DNA of 64,000 nucleotides from Somniosus microcephalus (GCA_052327205.1 CM126207.1:67022001-67086000); one strand, 5' to 3'. Positions 24,326-38,489 are shown, numbered from the stretch's first letter. Program-made: numbers and translations. Notes: a model not told the origin generated them from the letters alone.

Positions 24326-24531
24326 ATCCCTAGACTGCCCAACATCCCCAGACTCACATTCCCTCTCCAACTTATTCAGACCAACAAGGATAAATTGGAG
24401 GCAATGATGGTCTGAACTGTGTGCTTCTCCAAGACTACTATCATTGGTGCTGCTTGATCAGCAAATAGGAAGTGGTCTTACTGCGAGCTTTTCCAGCTCA
24501 AGGACCTTTGCTGCAACAAAGTGTTCCATCT

Positions 24532-24660
24532 TGAAGAAGGGTCAAACCCGAAACGTCAACTCAAATTTCTCTCCACGGATGTTGCCTGACCTGCTGAGTT
24601 TTTCCAGCATTTTCTGTTGTTATTTCGGATTTCCAACATCTGCAGTATTTTGCTATCGTA
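24532..24660 (+). mobile_element. Short (129 bp) Penelope-tail insertion beginning at the hammerhead core
   Basis: 14-bp TSD AAAGTGTTCCATCT (24518-24531, 24661-24674). (T)TGAAGAA-GGGT-CAA-ACCC-GAAA-CGTC-AACT is followed by the common Penelope tail. Confidence 0.8.
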
Positions 24661-24971
24661 AAAGTGTTCCATCTAGTGGCTCGAGTGAAAGCTAGCAGAA
24701 CTTTTACATTGAGAAGTAAATTCAAAGACGACTTGAGTTTCAATTCTCTGCATTTGATCCAATATATTAATATAATAACAATCAGGTCACCCACTAACAC
24801 TACCAATACAACATACTGCATATGATATGAAAAATATTAACTTTTGCTTTACTGTTATAACATTTATATGCTTGCCTTTTTACTGTGCAATATGCAATAG
24901 TATTTTAACAAAAATGTTGGTGAACTTAAGTGTTCAGTTCTTATCCCTTAGCAATTCTCTACTTCTTTCAG

Positions 24972-25060
24972 CTTGGTGTCTGCGCAATGAGGGTGTAAGT
25001 TCAGTTCTCCTGGGAGCTTCCAGTGCAGAACAACTTACAGAAAACCTAGGTGCCATACAG
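24972..25060 (+). CDS. KCNAB1: KCNAB1 penultimate exon ([30 protein letters not shown])
   Basis: tctttcag acceptor, 89 nt. The donor is the non-canonical CAG|GCAAGT. Confidence 0.95.
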
Positions 25061-26320
25061 GCAAGTTATTATTGAAAACTCTGGCCAACTCATTCATTGA
25101 TACAAACCATCTGATATTTACAATGGAATTAATCACATCCACAAATAAAGAATGCAGGGAAGAGAAATCCATGAATAGAAGCAATGCTCCCCCTTTAGAA
25201 ATTGGACTGCTAGTTCTCTAATAAACTTTATGAGGAGAAAGTAACAATACAGGTCAAAACAACTGTTACAGAGGAAATAAATTGTGGTCATTAAAATCTT
25301 TATTTCAGATGAGGTACTCTTGCATTACATTTTACAACCTTCGTACTAAACACTGGTTCAATAAAGCTCTAATTCTCTCTTGGTTTTCTAGTGTTGCTTC
25401 AAACAAATATAGTTTATCCTTATTATTCTTAAAAATTGTTAAAGTTGGAGTAAAATGACCCAGTTAAGACCACACCACCATTTTAACTACCGCCAGTTCC
25501 TCAATTTGCCCATAATCTATGGGCGGTACAACAAATGCGAGGCGGCCATTTACAGCGATATTTAAAGGGATCATTAGCTGCGGTAGGGAAGGGTGGAAAC
25601 AGGTCTGGCATTAATTTTTACTGTAATTGCTTCTGTGTTTTGAGCCTCAAAGACTTCCAACATTTGATCTCCTTGCTGCTGTAGGCGCTGCAAATATTTT
25701 CCTGCCACCATAAACCGCTGCCCCCTTTCACTCCTGATACTTCCGCTCTTTCCCTTTAAAATGCTGCTGCAGGCCCAACAAGATTGGCTACCCCGCTCCG
25801 CTGCCAGCTCGCTGATTCAATGTTAATTGGGCCTAACCACAGAATTATTGCCTCCCACTAACTGCATCGGGCGGGCAGAGCGGAAACCCCACCCTCCACC
25901 TGTCCAATATATGCCCAAATCAAGTCACCCCTCACCTCCCTGTATCCTAGTGCAATTCTGCATACAGAAAATGCATTCCATATAGTGGCATATGTTTTAT
26001 ATAATTTTGTTAATTTTTCCCCCAATAATTTGTGTTATATAGGTCATACCTTTAAGGACAGTCTACACTAGTTCTACTTTACAATGCAATCCTAATTTTA
26101 TCAGTTGTTGCCGTTTCAAGGGAGAGGGGTACAAACAAGTCAATTTGAATATGAAAGATGAATGTGGGGCAAACTACACAAAATTAACTGCTTCATTCCA
26201 GGCCACTCAAATCTGGTACATGTTTATCCATTACCCAATAACAAACATCTAGTATTAATACATGAAACTCTGTTATGGAATTGAGAACTTGTGGTGGAAT
26301 AGTAGCTAGGACCAGATTAG

Positions 26321-27039
26321 GGCCTAGAAATTCACTTTGGGGCGGCCAGCTCGCTCGCGCCCAAAAGTTAGCGCTGGGCGGGGAGGCATTAGCGATCGCC
26401 AGATATTCATTGTTAGCGCCCCAATTCGGAAGCGGGCGCTATACCAGGGTGTGCCCGCCTCCGCTTGGGGCGCTGCAACTGAATATCGGCGCACTAGTTG
26501 CCACAGCGCCACCCGCAGCGGAGCGGCAAGCTGCGGTACTGCAGGCCTTCCTCCCTCTCTTAAGGGGGAGGTGCCTGCAACAGCCGGAGCCCCAAACGCG
26601 AGTGCCGGCAAAAGGGCCCGGCACAACGGAGAAGTGCCGGGCTCGCGGAAAGCAGCCGGCAATGCCGCGGGGGGGGTGGTGGGTGGTGGAGGAGGCTGGG
26701 GAAGGAGGTGCGGGCAGGCGGCCGCCGCAAAAGCGGCCGGCCGCACCTTCCGCTTTAAAGCGCCCCACTAAGGTTGCAGGATGGCCCCGTTTTCTGGTCG
26801 CTGTTTGCGGCCGCTTCAGAGGAGGCGGCCGCAACTAAATATGGGGATCGGGCCGGTTTCGGGGCGTTACCGGGGCACCACGCACACCGATGACGTCATC
26901 GGTGCCGGCGCAGCGCTAACGGCTACCGCCGCCAATACTGCTGCGCTGAATATCTGCGCAAACTCATTTTTGGCGCAAAATCACTCTTTAGGCGTTAACT
27001 GGGCGCAAAGCTGGCAGCGCCTTAATGAATTTCTAGGCC
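26321..27039. mobile_element. GC/CpG-rich Harbinger-type MITE (family B)
   Basis: TIRs GGCCTAGAAATTCA / TGAATTTCTAGGCC. Reverse-orientation relative of 58592-59291. Confidence 0.82.
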
Positions 27040-27157
27040 ACGGTGTTTTACCTATGAACATCTATGGTATTGATCGAGCCTATCACTTTTGTTTCCATAA
27101 TGACATACCTTGTACAAGGACCTTACATCAGTCATACCAGACTGGAGATTCCTCCTA

Positions 27158-27420
27158 CTCAGCCATGGCTCAGTTGGTAGCACTCTCACCTCTAGAATCA
27201 GAAGGTTGTGGGTTCAGAGACTTGAGCCCAAAATCGAGGCGGACACTCCAGTGCAGTACCGAAGGAGTGCTGCACTGTTTCAGGTGTCATCTTTCGGATG
27301 AGCCGTTAAACCAATATTTATCCCTCAACCAACATCACGTAGAAAAGTACTTCATTGGCTGTAAAGCATTTAGGGACGTTCTGAGGTCATGAAAGGTGCT
27401 ATATAAATTCAAGTTCTTTC
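27158..27420 (+). mobile_element. Deu-type (SacSINE1-like) tRNA-derived SINE
   Basis: TGGCTCAGTTGGTAG A box, GGGTTCA B-box remnant, CAGTGCAGTACCGAAGGAGTGCTGCACTG...TTTCGGATGAG core, and an L2-like tail ATATAAATTCAAGTTCTTTCTT. Confidence 0.75.
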
Positions 27421-27507
27421 TTAACTGTAGTCTGTATCGGTCAAAATAATTTAACTATTTTTCAGGATCTCTTCAGTTACTTACTGAAATGTTTGGAAAA
27501 TTTTCAG

Positions 27508-27597
27508 GTTCTCTCGAAGATGACAACACAGACTGTGAATGAGATCGACAACATACTTGGTAACAAACCATACAGCAAGAAGGACTACAGATCCTAA
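27508..27597 (+). CDS. KCNAB1: KCNAB1 last coding exon ([29 protein letters not shown])
   Basis: ttttcag acceptor and the canonical Kv-beta C-terminus, with TAA at 27595-27597. The KCNAB1 (rather than KCNAB2/3) assignment is supported by adjacency to SSR3. Confidence 0.96.
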   Translation, partial: VLSKMTTQTVNEIDNILGNKPYSKKDYRS

Positions 27598-28404
27598 TTT
27601 AAAGATGCATGATATTGATTGGGACTGCATGATGAAAGTGGTATTCTTTACTTGCTGGACCACTGTCTGGTTAATGTGAATCTAAAGCTGTTTCCTGCTG
27701 AATTCCCACAGGTGCATGCCTATGCAATGAGAGATGTGCCCTTATACAGAAGCACATTTAGAATCTCCCAGGTTATTAAGGTGGCTCCTGGAGTTTTCTA
27801 GTCAGTGAAACAGAGCTCTACATTTATCTCTTTCTTTGCTTATAATGTAAAAAAAATATATAGAACAAGCAAGTTCATAACTTGTGTATCTTTGGAATCT
27901 CAATTCCAGTACAAAGTTTGCACAATTATTTTTTCCTCCCATCTGAACCTTGCCCAGTGAATTTCAGATCAGAGACATGTATGTAATGGCTTGCTTTATG
28001 GAGGAACTTTTTGATTTTTTAGAAGAAGAATCTGAATGTGTTTACATCAGTCAATTGAAACCCAAAGATGCATTTCGGATACTTTATTTCAGGTTGTAAA
28101 ATATACTGAAAACAAATGCTCATTTTAACCTGTTATGAACAACATAAGTACACTTATGTGTAACGTCACTTATGACAGTCAATCTGCAACAGTCAAAGCT
28201 TAAACTGCACTGTAAATGTATTACATCAAACACACTTGTCTTAAACCATTTGGCTTCTTTGACACGTGTAACTGCTGGGTGCTTTTTTCAGAAAGCTGTA
28301 TGAAAGGCCCATAAACCTTACCCCCTTCTGTTACATAAATGTCCAGTTTTTAATGCTTTTATTGTTTGGGAGATAGGAGAAAAAGTACTCAAAGGGAGTG
28401 TACT

Positions 28405-29395
28405 CCGATTGGCTGAATGTGACAAGTGGTGTTCCCCAGGGATCTATACTAGAGCCTCAGCTTTTCACTATACATGTCAAACTTGGATGAAGGAATACAG
28501 AGCTGTATATCCAAGTTTGCTTATGACATTAATTTAGGAGGCACAGTAAGTTGTGTAGATGGGAACAGAAAGTTAAAGTTACATAGACAGATTAAGTGAG
28601 TGGGCAAAACCAGTGCAATGTGGGGAAGTGTGAGGTAATCCACTTTGGATCCAAGAATGACAAATTGGAATTTTTTCTTAATGACGAGAGACTAGAAACT
28701 CTGGCAGAAGGGTACAGGTACACAAATCATTAAAAGACAGTGCACAGGTACAGAAAGTACTCAAAAAGGCTAATGAAAAGTTGGCCTTTATCTCAAGGAG
28801 GTTGAAATACAAAGGGGAAGAAGCAATGTTTCAGTTGTCCAGAGGCTTGGTCACAACCATATCTGGTGTATTGCGTTCAGCTTGGGGCACCACACCTCAG
28901 GAAGGATATATTGGCCTGGGGTGGGGGTGGGGTACAGTCCATATTCACCAGAATTATACCAATCCTTAAAGGGTTAAATTAGGAGGACAGGTTGCACAAA
29001 TGGGCTGTATTCCCTGGTTATAAAAGTTGAGGGGTGATCTAATTGAGGTGTTTAAAATGATAAAAGGATTTAATAGAGTAGATAGAGAGAGAAACTATTT
29101 CCTGGGGTGGGGGAATCCAGAACAAGGGGGTGCAATCTTAACATTAGAGCTAAGCCATTCAGGAGTGAAATCAGGAAGCACTTTCTCCACAAATGGTAGT
29201 GGAAATGTGGAATTCTCTCCCCCAAAAGGGTGTTGATACTGGGTCAATTGAAACTTTCAAGACTCAGATCGACAGATTTTTAGGGATATGTATGGCGTGT
29301 CAATATAGTTGTGGTATAGATCAGCCATGATTTGATTGCATGGTGGAACAGGCTCAAGGGGCTGAATGGCCTACCCCTGTTCCTATGTTCATATA
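28405..29395 (+). mobile_element. Degenerate CR1 LINE 3' portion
   Basis: VTSGVPQGS and LRGDLIEVFKMIKG remnants, plus the CR1 3'UTR GGAACAGGCTCAAGGGGCTGAATGGCCTAC. Confidence 0.85.
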
Positions 29396-30081
29396 TGTTA
29401 AAACAAGTTGAGATGGTTTTAAATAACTTATGAAAGAATTTTGGGAAACCAGTTGGTAGAATCAATGTTACAGTTTCCTATGCAGAAAACATGCGACATG
29501 TTACTGAAAGCTAGCACAGCTACAGTGCAGAAGTGGAAAGGTGACCATGAGATGTAAAACAGAAAGTTGTGCTAATTTTGGGAAGATCAGGTAGTACATC
29601 CTCACTTGCTTTAATACTGTCACAAATACTTAAACACATCTGAGTACTATGCACTCTGGCTAGTTACCAGATTTAAATTATAGTTCCTATTTATTGCTTG
29701 ATGGTAAAAATGACAAAGCTGTACCTGATTTGATTAATATGTATATATAAAAAATAAAATTATTTAGGTACAGGCATAACATTGTATCAGTTAATTTGTT
29801 GTCATGTACTGATATCATGTTTCACTATCTTATCAAGCTACTTGTTGCTGAATTACTGCTGCAAGTTTAATGAGAAACCAGGACTAATGAGTAAACATAA
29901 TTATAACGCAGCAACTTAATTGGCTTGCCAACAATGAATATCACTTGTCAAGTTACATATTCTTAGGCTCTAATTTAGTAGGTTTTAAAATACTCCTGTA
30001 GTAATTGCCCGTGTTCTGAAAGGTGTTCCATCTTGGAACAATGTTTGGCGACTTTTTTTTTACATTAGTTCACAAACACAT

Positions 30082-30753
30082 GGGGGGGGGGGGGGGGTAC
30101 ATTGGCTCACGCCCCCTTTGGGGCGCTAACTCCTTTTAGCGCCCCGAAAAAGTTAGCGCCCCCGTGCCCGAAATTCAATGGTAGCGCCCCCAAGCAGGAG
30201 GCGGGGCGCTACTGGAAGTACTTCCCCCTCCCTCTTGGGGCGCTCCCATTGAATATCGCAGCGCTGCGTGCAACAGCGGCACGTAGCGCCGTGGTATTAC
30301 AGGCCTCCCTCCCCTGATTAAAGAGGAGGGGCCTAGCGCAGCGCACACCGGAGCCCTGCTGGACCACCAGGGAGCGAAGTGCCGGCAAAAGAGCTCGGCA
30401 CTTGACCGATCGCGGCTGGCACCCCGCAGGAGGAGGTCGAGGGGGCAGGTGCTGGCAGGCGGCCCCCCAAAAATGGCCGCCCAGCACCTGCCCTTTAATT
30501 ATTGCCGCCTCGGCCGCAAAAACGCCACCCTGACCCTGTCGGACATAGCATTCGTTGGTAGGTCAGGCGGCGCAATCCAAGTTTGCAGTCAGGGCGCTGC
30601 GCACGGGAATGACGTCATCGCGAGAGGCGCAGCGCTGCTACCGGTGCTGCTAACCCCATGCTGAATTTCGTGGGAGGTGTTAGCGGCGCCGCACCCAGGC
30701 GCTAGTTGCTTTGCGCCCCCCTCAGGCCAATAACAGGAGGCGCAAAGTTCCCC
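30082..30753. mobile_element. GC-rich Harbinger-type MITE (family B-related)
   Basis: G-run start and AAGTTCCCC end, candidate TSD CAT. Shares GAATATCG...GCGCTG, GTGCCGGCAAAAG and TGACGTCATC blocks with 26321-27039. Confidence 0.65.
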
Positions 30754-31228
30754 CATGATGTACAGACATAAATGGTGTTGGAATAAGTTATCATTTTATT
30801 TGTGCATGACATCGTTATGAAAGTGACACGTGGATATTCTGGCACTCTAGCCCAAACAACTAGTTTGTGATCACTTTTTCCGTCACTTATTTAAAGAACG
30901 GTGTGACAGAGACCACCCACAAGTGAGAGTATCACATATTGGTTTTATGCTGGAACAGATTAATTCTACAATATTCCACCATACAGCCTACAGATGTCTA
31001 CTATAAATACAATATGTCTGTGTTACTCACTTATTTCTATCCTTTTATAGAGACTTATTATGTTACTTAGTTCTGTGGTTGCAGCAATATTCATATGCAA
31101 ACACACCCTAAATTGCCATAGTATTTTTTTACCACAGTATTATAGGATTTAATTGATATAAGTCAACCAAGTGTCATTTCACCTTACCCCCTCCCCCCCC
31201 AAGTTTAGGAGCATCTTCTAAAGCCTTA

Positions 31229-31920
31229 GGCCTAGAAACTGGGCTCCTTAGCACCTCCCATTATCACCTCCGGGAGGCAAAGCACTTACCGACTGGGCGC
31301 GGCGAGATCAACTCCCGCTATATTCAATGGGACGCTTGCGGCGGTGGTATGGCGTTGCACCCAATCGCCTTCGCCTGGAGGTCGTGACGTCATCGCCGTG
31401 CACATCACCCAGGTAGCGCCCCAGACTTGAACTTCAGTTCCGCCCCCTGCAGCATCGCCGGGCGAAAACACCGGCAGCTGCAGGAGGTGTTCATCGGGAG
31501 CCCAGGCGCTTCAGGGGCGATACTTAAAGGCAAGGTGGCCAAGGTAACGAAAAAACATTCTGAAATGCTCTTTTTTTCCCCATTTGTCTTTGCCAGCGAT
31601 CGATCAGCCCGCCACACTGCTGCACTGCATTGGGATCGTGGCTGCCGTCGGGGACCAGATAAGGTTTGCCCTTGCAGTGCCTGCAGCGATGGCCCTTCCC
31701 TTTAAGGGAGGGAAGGAGCCTTCCAACGCGGCAGCGCTGCACGGTCCATTGTACTATTGCCCCTCGTGCTGCCTGTTGCGCTTGATTTAGCGCTCCACTT
31801 TCTTCCCGCAGTGCAAACCCCGAATTTTTTTAAAGTTGAAAAACATTAGCACCTGGCACTAATTTTTTCAACTTTTAAAAGTTAGCACTCCAAAACGGGG
31901 CGATACCGAATTTCTCCCCC
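31229..31920. mobile_element. GC-rich Harbinger-type MITE (family B-related)
   Basis: GGCCTAGAAACT ... AATTTCTCCCCC with a TTA TSD on both sides (31226-31228, 31921-31923), the classic Harbinger target. Confidence 0.72.
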
Positions 31921-32999
31921 TTAAACCCCAAACTTCCTGTGTTAAGGGAAAGTAGAAAAGATTTACACTGCGGGGACAGAACCTGGTTCCAGCGAGGTTC
32001 CATTCTATTTACAGTGCCCCATCAAATTTGACGTAGAGGGTCACAGGCAGATATTCTACCCATATCAAGCAGGTGTGTCTGGGGTGTTCTCAGGCTACTC
32101 CAGGAAAGTCCGCCCTTAAGGCCTCGGTGTACCCATGCCTTTACTACGAAAAAGGTAATTGATACTCTCCACGATCAATTGCCTAAAAGGCCCGCTTGTT
32201 CCATTGAGAATTTAAGAAATTACGTTTTTTTTATTCAGGCCCTTCTGGAGCATCTTCTCAACATTCTTCCCACCATTTGCCACTGAACAGCCCTTAAAAG
32301 CACAATGCGCCCGTGTCGGCCATACAAATAACACCATTGCCTCAATTTGAGATACGGTCTGCATCTTTATGCATGGATGGGTGGAGGGGTAGGGTTCCAC
32401 TTCACTACATTTGTGCTGGCAGAGCAGACGTCATCTAAAGAAAGCTGGAACAAAGATGAAAACCACATATGGTGGTAAATTCATGAGCTGCTGCACAAGA
32501 ACAAAACTGAACAGGAAAAACACCTGTTAAAAAGGGCATGGTATTAATGAAATAACTGTTACGAACACAATACAACATAAATCACACTGAAATGCATCGT
32601 CACATCACTTGTATCTGTCAAAAGTTAAAAAAGATGCATTGCTCGTTTCCTTCCACAAAACAAAATTGAGGTGCTTCCCCTGACCACCCAGACATGGTGA
32701 CCAGAAAGCCCCAGATTTGGGGCATGATTTGCAGTGAGTTAGTTGATCTTAAGCAGAGCAGTAATGTGGGCACTAAAATTGGCCTCAGTAGAATGGAAAA
32801 ATCAGCTAGGGTTCATGGTCCAGTAATTCCTGTTGGAAAGTGCTGTTTGTCTGTGAGTGAATGTTGGATGAAAACAAGATCAATCTTGCCTGTAATTACT
32901 TCCAGTGTTGGCACACAAAAAAAAGGCAATTTTGGCAAGGTACCAGGGCAGCTAGTGCCCATCAAATTATACCCCAACAGTATGATTGAGGAAGAGTAA

Positions 33000-33300
33000 A
33001 TGAGGTTTAGGGAGGGAATTCCAGAGCTTAGCCCCTAGACAACTCAAGGCACAGCAGCCGATGCTGGGGCGAAAGGAATGGGGGATGCACAAGAGGCCAG
33101 AGTTGGAGGAATGCAGAGTTCTCTGAGGGTTGAGGCCTGGAGGAGGTTACAGAGATATGATGAATTGCCGTGGAGGGATTTGAACGCAAAGATGAGTATT
33201 TTAAAAATCGAGGCATTGGTTAGTCGGGAGTCAGTGTAGGTCAGCGAGCACAGGGGTAATGGGTGAACTGGATGGCCTGAGTTAGGATACGGGCAGCAGT
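33000..33300 (-). mobile_element. L2 LINE fragment
   Basis: Reverse complement of the L2 C-terminal region (CACCCATTACCCCTGTGCTCGCTGACCTACACTG). Confidence 0.75.
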
Positions 33301-35797
33301 ACACATCTTGTATTCTTTAGCACAAAATCGTGCCCATCACAGACTGAGCAATACCCTCATTTGCAATTATCTGAGAAATTTAATCCCAGTCTGCTATTAT
33401 TCCTTAGCATGCCAGTGTATCAAATCTCAAAGCTTGCATTAGTGAAGGCTGGCCAAAGTATTAATATTCATAAACATATTTCAAAGATCTGTCCCAATAA
33501 AGCTCAAGCATACTAAGTTTTGTATCTTATCCAAGTATTTGCCTCTTCCCTTTGTTAGATTTTGTGCTGAACAAAATGACAATCCCTTCAATCTGTGTCA
33601 ACTTCAATGGGTTTGTGAATGAGAAACATTTGCTAAGATCAACTGGGAAGCAATGAATTGATGATGCCAATATGGGATTCCACAAGAAACACTTTCTTGC
33701 TGCAAGTCTCCTGTGGAACCATAACATATGGTGATTTTTGTAAGTTCACACTTAGTAGAATATTCATTAGAAACCAATTTCCACCTTTTTTGTGGGAAAG
33801 GTGGGGAGGGGGTGTCTATCTAAATGTGTTGCACAATATACACAGGAAACAGGACCACTGTGTTCTTCGACAGACAACATTAGACTTCCCATTTCCTTTT
33901 GTTACCCAATATTCCCATCTCAGCTAGAAAGTTTGCTTTTGAAAAAGGCTGCATGAATGCTAATTGCATACTTCATGTGAGTATTGCTGTTTTTCTCCCT
34001 TTGTTTCCAGGGATGTGTTGTTACCACCATCATACACCTTTGTATCGTGTGTATTACACTGAAAATTGGTTGACCCTACACAAGTATTAAATTACTTCCC
34101 AAAAGTATCAGCTTGGGAAAATTCAATCTAATTTTTTTTGTATGCACTAGTTTGAGATCTATTAACCATGAGTTTAACTAGATTTATAGGCTCCTGCTTC
34201 ACAGCAGCACACTGAATGACTCTCACTGACTGAAGGGCAGCTCGATGAAATTAAATAAATAAAAATTTAATAGACCTCAGTACAAATTGAATGAGTCTTC
34301 GAGGTAGACTCATTTAGGGAAAATACTAGCATTTCTGTACAAGAACAGGATCTCCGACGTATGACATTTCTTTGTCAAGTTGAACATTTCCAGCAATTGT
34401 TGCTCAGTATATCCAGTGGATTCGCTTGGCCATTAATAACTTTGATGTTCTTTCAAAAACTGTAATTGATGTTTTTAATTAATTTGCTGTTTATGGAACC
34501 TTGCTGTGTGCAAATTGGCTACAACAACTGTCTACACTTCATAGAAATTACAACTTGGAACCCAATGAGTCTGTGTTGGTGCTTATCCTTCAGATGAGCA
34601 GCAGTCCTAATCCCATGTGCCTGCTCTGTTCTATCCTTTTATCCCCTTTCCTTCAACTACCTATCGAGCCTATTATTAAATGTTGACATAGTCTCTGCTT
34701 CAAACACTAGCTCTGGTAGTGCATGCCACAGCCTCACAACCCTCTCTGTAAATAATGTTTCTCCTGCTCAGTCCTGAATCTTTTACTTTAAATTTTATAA
34801 TCCATGTCCCCTCAATTACTGGAAACAGTCAATTTCTATCTACTGTTGTTGCCTCCTTATAAGCAGCAACCCTAACTGCCTCATCCTTTTGTTATTCCTA
34901 TTCATCTGCCTGATCTGTTTGCAGATTTTCTCTTCTATTTCCCCTCCCACAATTACAACCCCACTACTAGAACAATCCTTTTTAACTTTGATCCCGAACC
35001 ATATTTACTCTTTGAACCTCTTTCCTGTACATTAGTCCTCTTTCACCAATATTGCCACTGCTCCTTTATTCTGCCCCTCCTAAAAATATTATAACCCAAT
35101 GTTTAAAAGTAACTCATTGATTGTAAAACACTGACGCACCCCAAGGCTATAATGGGGTGTAATATTCTTTTAGAAATCCCTACAACCATTGCTCCTGCTG
35201 AAATTCTTCATTCACATTCTGACCATTATGAACTACAACAGTGTAGTGGGATATATTCAGATACTGTTGAAAATCATTAACAATTTTTTTTCTTGTGCAT
35301 CAAGTGGACAGTGAAAGGTGCAATATGAACATTTTTGTGTAGCTATTTGTAATTAACTCAGTCAAGACTGCAGTTATGTATTAGTATCTGCACAGCACAG
35401 CATATGAGGTTGGACCCAACTCTCAATGCCTGGGTTTGACACCAAAAGCTTAGCTCATTCACTTCACAATATCTACTGAAACATACACTCTGGATTTATC
35501 AATGAGTAAATAATTATTGCAAACTTTAAAACTTCTAGTAATAGACATGCAAATAAAAACCAACTCTGGTTGCAAAATGCATTCATTTTATTACAGTACA
35601 TCCACAACTGATGACATGGAATGCAGGTATATTGTAAAAAAAAATGCAGTTCACAGAACTGTAGTTGTCTCAGTTAAGTGGGCAAGTCTGTGGTTTCGAG
35701 TCTCAATTTTAGACCTTGAAAATCTAAATGAACTCATCCTTAAGAACACAGGACCATTCCATTCTTGACACCAGCTCACCATGAAAGCCAGAGTCAA

Positions 35798-35864
35798 TTA
35801 CTTTGAGCCTGTAGAAAGAAGAGCAATCATCCCCGATGAAACACAGATGGACAGGATATAGTTT
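35798..35864 (-). CDS. SSR3: SSR3 exon 5 (VNYILSICVSSGMIALLSTGSK*)
   Basis: ctttcag acceptor preceded by a U12 branch site. TRAP-gamma C-terminus, with TAA at 35800-35798. Confidence 0.96.
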
Positions 35865-37048
<1,184 letters not shown>

Positions 37049-38129
37049 CTAGAAAAAATACATGTAAACGGGCTAAAAATTAATTCGCGCCCAGAAACGG
37101 GTGCACAGGGAACGAATGGATAGGCCAGAGGCACACCTAATACTGGGTCTCGGGCCTCAACATCATCAAATGGTGAGCCGCAAAAAAGACTTGCATTTAT
37201 GTAGCACCTTTCACATCCCAAAGCCAATGAAGAAGACACCTAATGGGCAACCCTAGTCAGTTCACCAGCGAAGAGGCCTCGAAGATTGGGCCTTGCCATA
37301 ATTTCTTAAAGGGGACCAGGAGAGGAGAGTGCGGGGAGGGAGAGCAGCAGAGGCTGGGATTAGGGAGCGCTCATGCTTCTCCTGGCTCCACATTCGTCTA
37401 AGTATTTTTAACTTACCTTTTTGGTGGCGATTTGCAGCGGACCTTTTAAGGACCGCCTGTTAGGCCACATGTAGACCTGGTTTTTCTGAATGCAGCCGAT
37501 TCCGGAAACTAAAGTTTCATCTGCTATAGCCCAACAACTGCACTAGTGCCAATTGTTTCCACTTCTCCCAGCCATTTTTACAGCCTCTCTGGGTGATATT
37601 GGCATTTTGCAAAGTGTAATAATGTCCTTTAGAAACCAACTTACAATGCCAAATTAATCTGACATTCATTCCACGGGCCTGGACTGGATTGGATTCAAAG
37701 CCAGAACCTAGACGGGTAATGGTATAGTGCAACAACCCACTGCACCATCCAGGCTCCATGCCACTATAAATTAACAAAATCAACCCTCTCCGAGAAGGAG
37801 ACACAGAATGTGACGCATCCAACTTTTAAATTCTGAGAACAAAATTTAGTACAGAATAGCAGAACCATTTTGGTACTGGTCTCCACCTAAACTCAACAGA
37901 CAGCCACAAACATGTGAAGCAAACAGCTCAAACCTTGTTACTATATGGCTGCTCTCAAGACCAAATGGGCTTTGCTTCAAAAACAAATTCCTAGTACTGC
38001 AACAGACAATCTAACTTTGCACACATTACAATTTTACATACAAGAAATTAACTTTTGCATGTGAAATTGTGCCAGCCTCAACTTTTAAGACAGTACCTGC
38101 TACATAACTTTCAAAATCTAAAAAAATAC

Positions 38130-38228
38130 CGTTCATCCTTTTCTTTGCGAGACATCTTCCTGTTGTCGGCCTCTGACAGTTTCCGAGTGACCTCCTTAGA
38201 AACTGCGTCTTCTCTCTTCTGCGCCACC
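38130..38228 (-). CDS. SSR3: SSR3 exon 3 ([34 protein letters not shown])
   Basis: 99 nt, gtctag acceptor, gtattt donor. Confidence 0.97.
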
Positions 38229-38312
38229 CTAGACATACAGATCCCCGTTAACAAAGTGACGCTGCAACACAACATCCGGAAAATTGTGCAATATTTCTCC
38301 AGAAATTACTTA

Positions 38313-38489
<177 letters not shown>

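Noticed and set aside
26275-27392. Overlapping GC-rich ORFs or a CpG-island gene
   Set aside because: They lie within a TIR-bounded MITE. High GC suppresses stop codons, and there is no recognisable protein motif. The same applies to 30102-31790 and 58602-59139.
35587-35592. SSR3 poly(A) signal (AATAAA on the minus strand)
   Set aside because: Plausible, but one of several candidates in AT-rich sequence. It cannot be chosen without 3'-end data.
37520-37760. LF-SINE-like ancient element (also faintly at 21620-21900 and 63895-63950)
   Set aside because: The resemblance is from memory and too degenerate to support without an HMM search.
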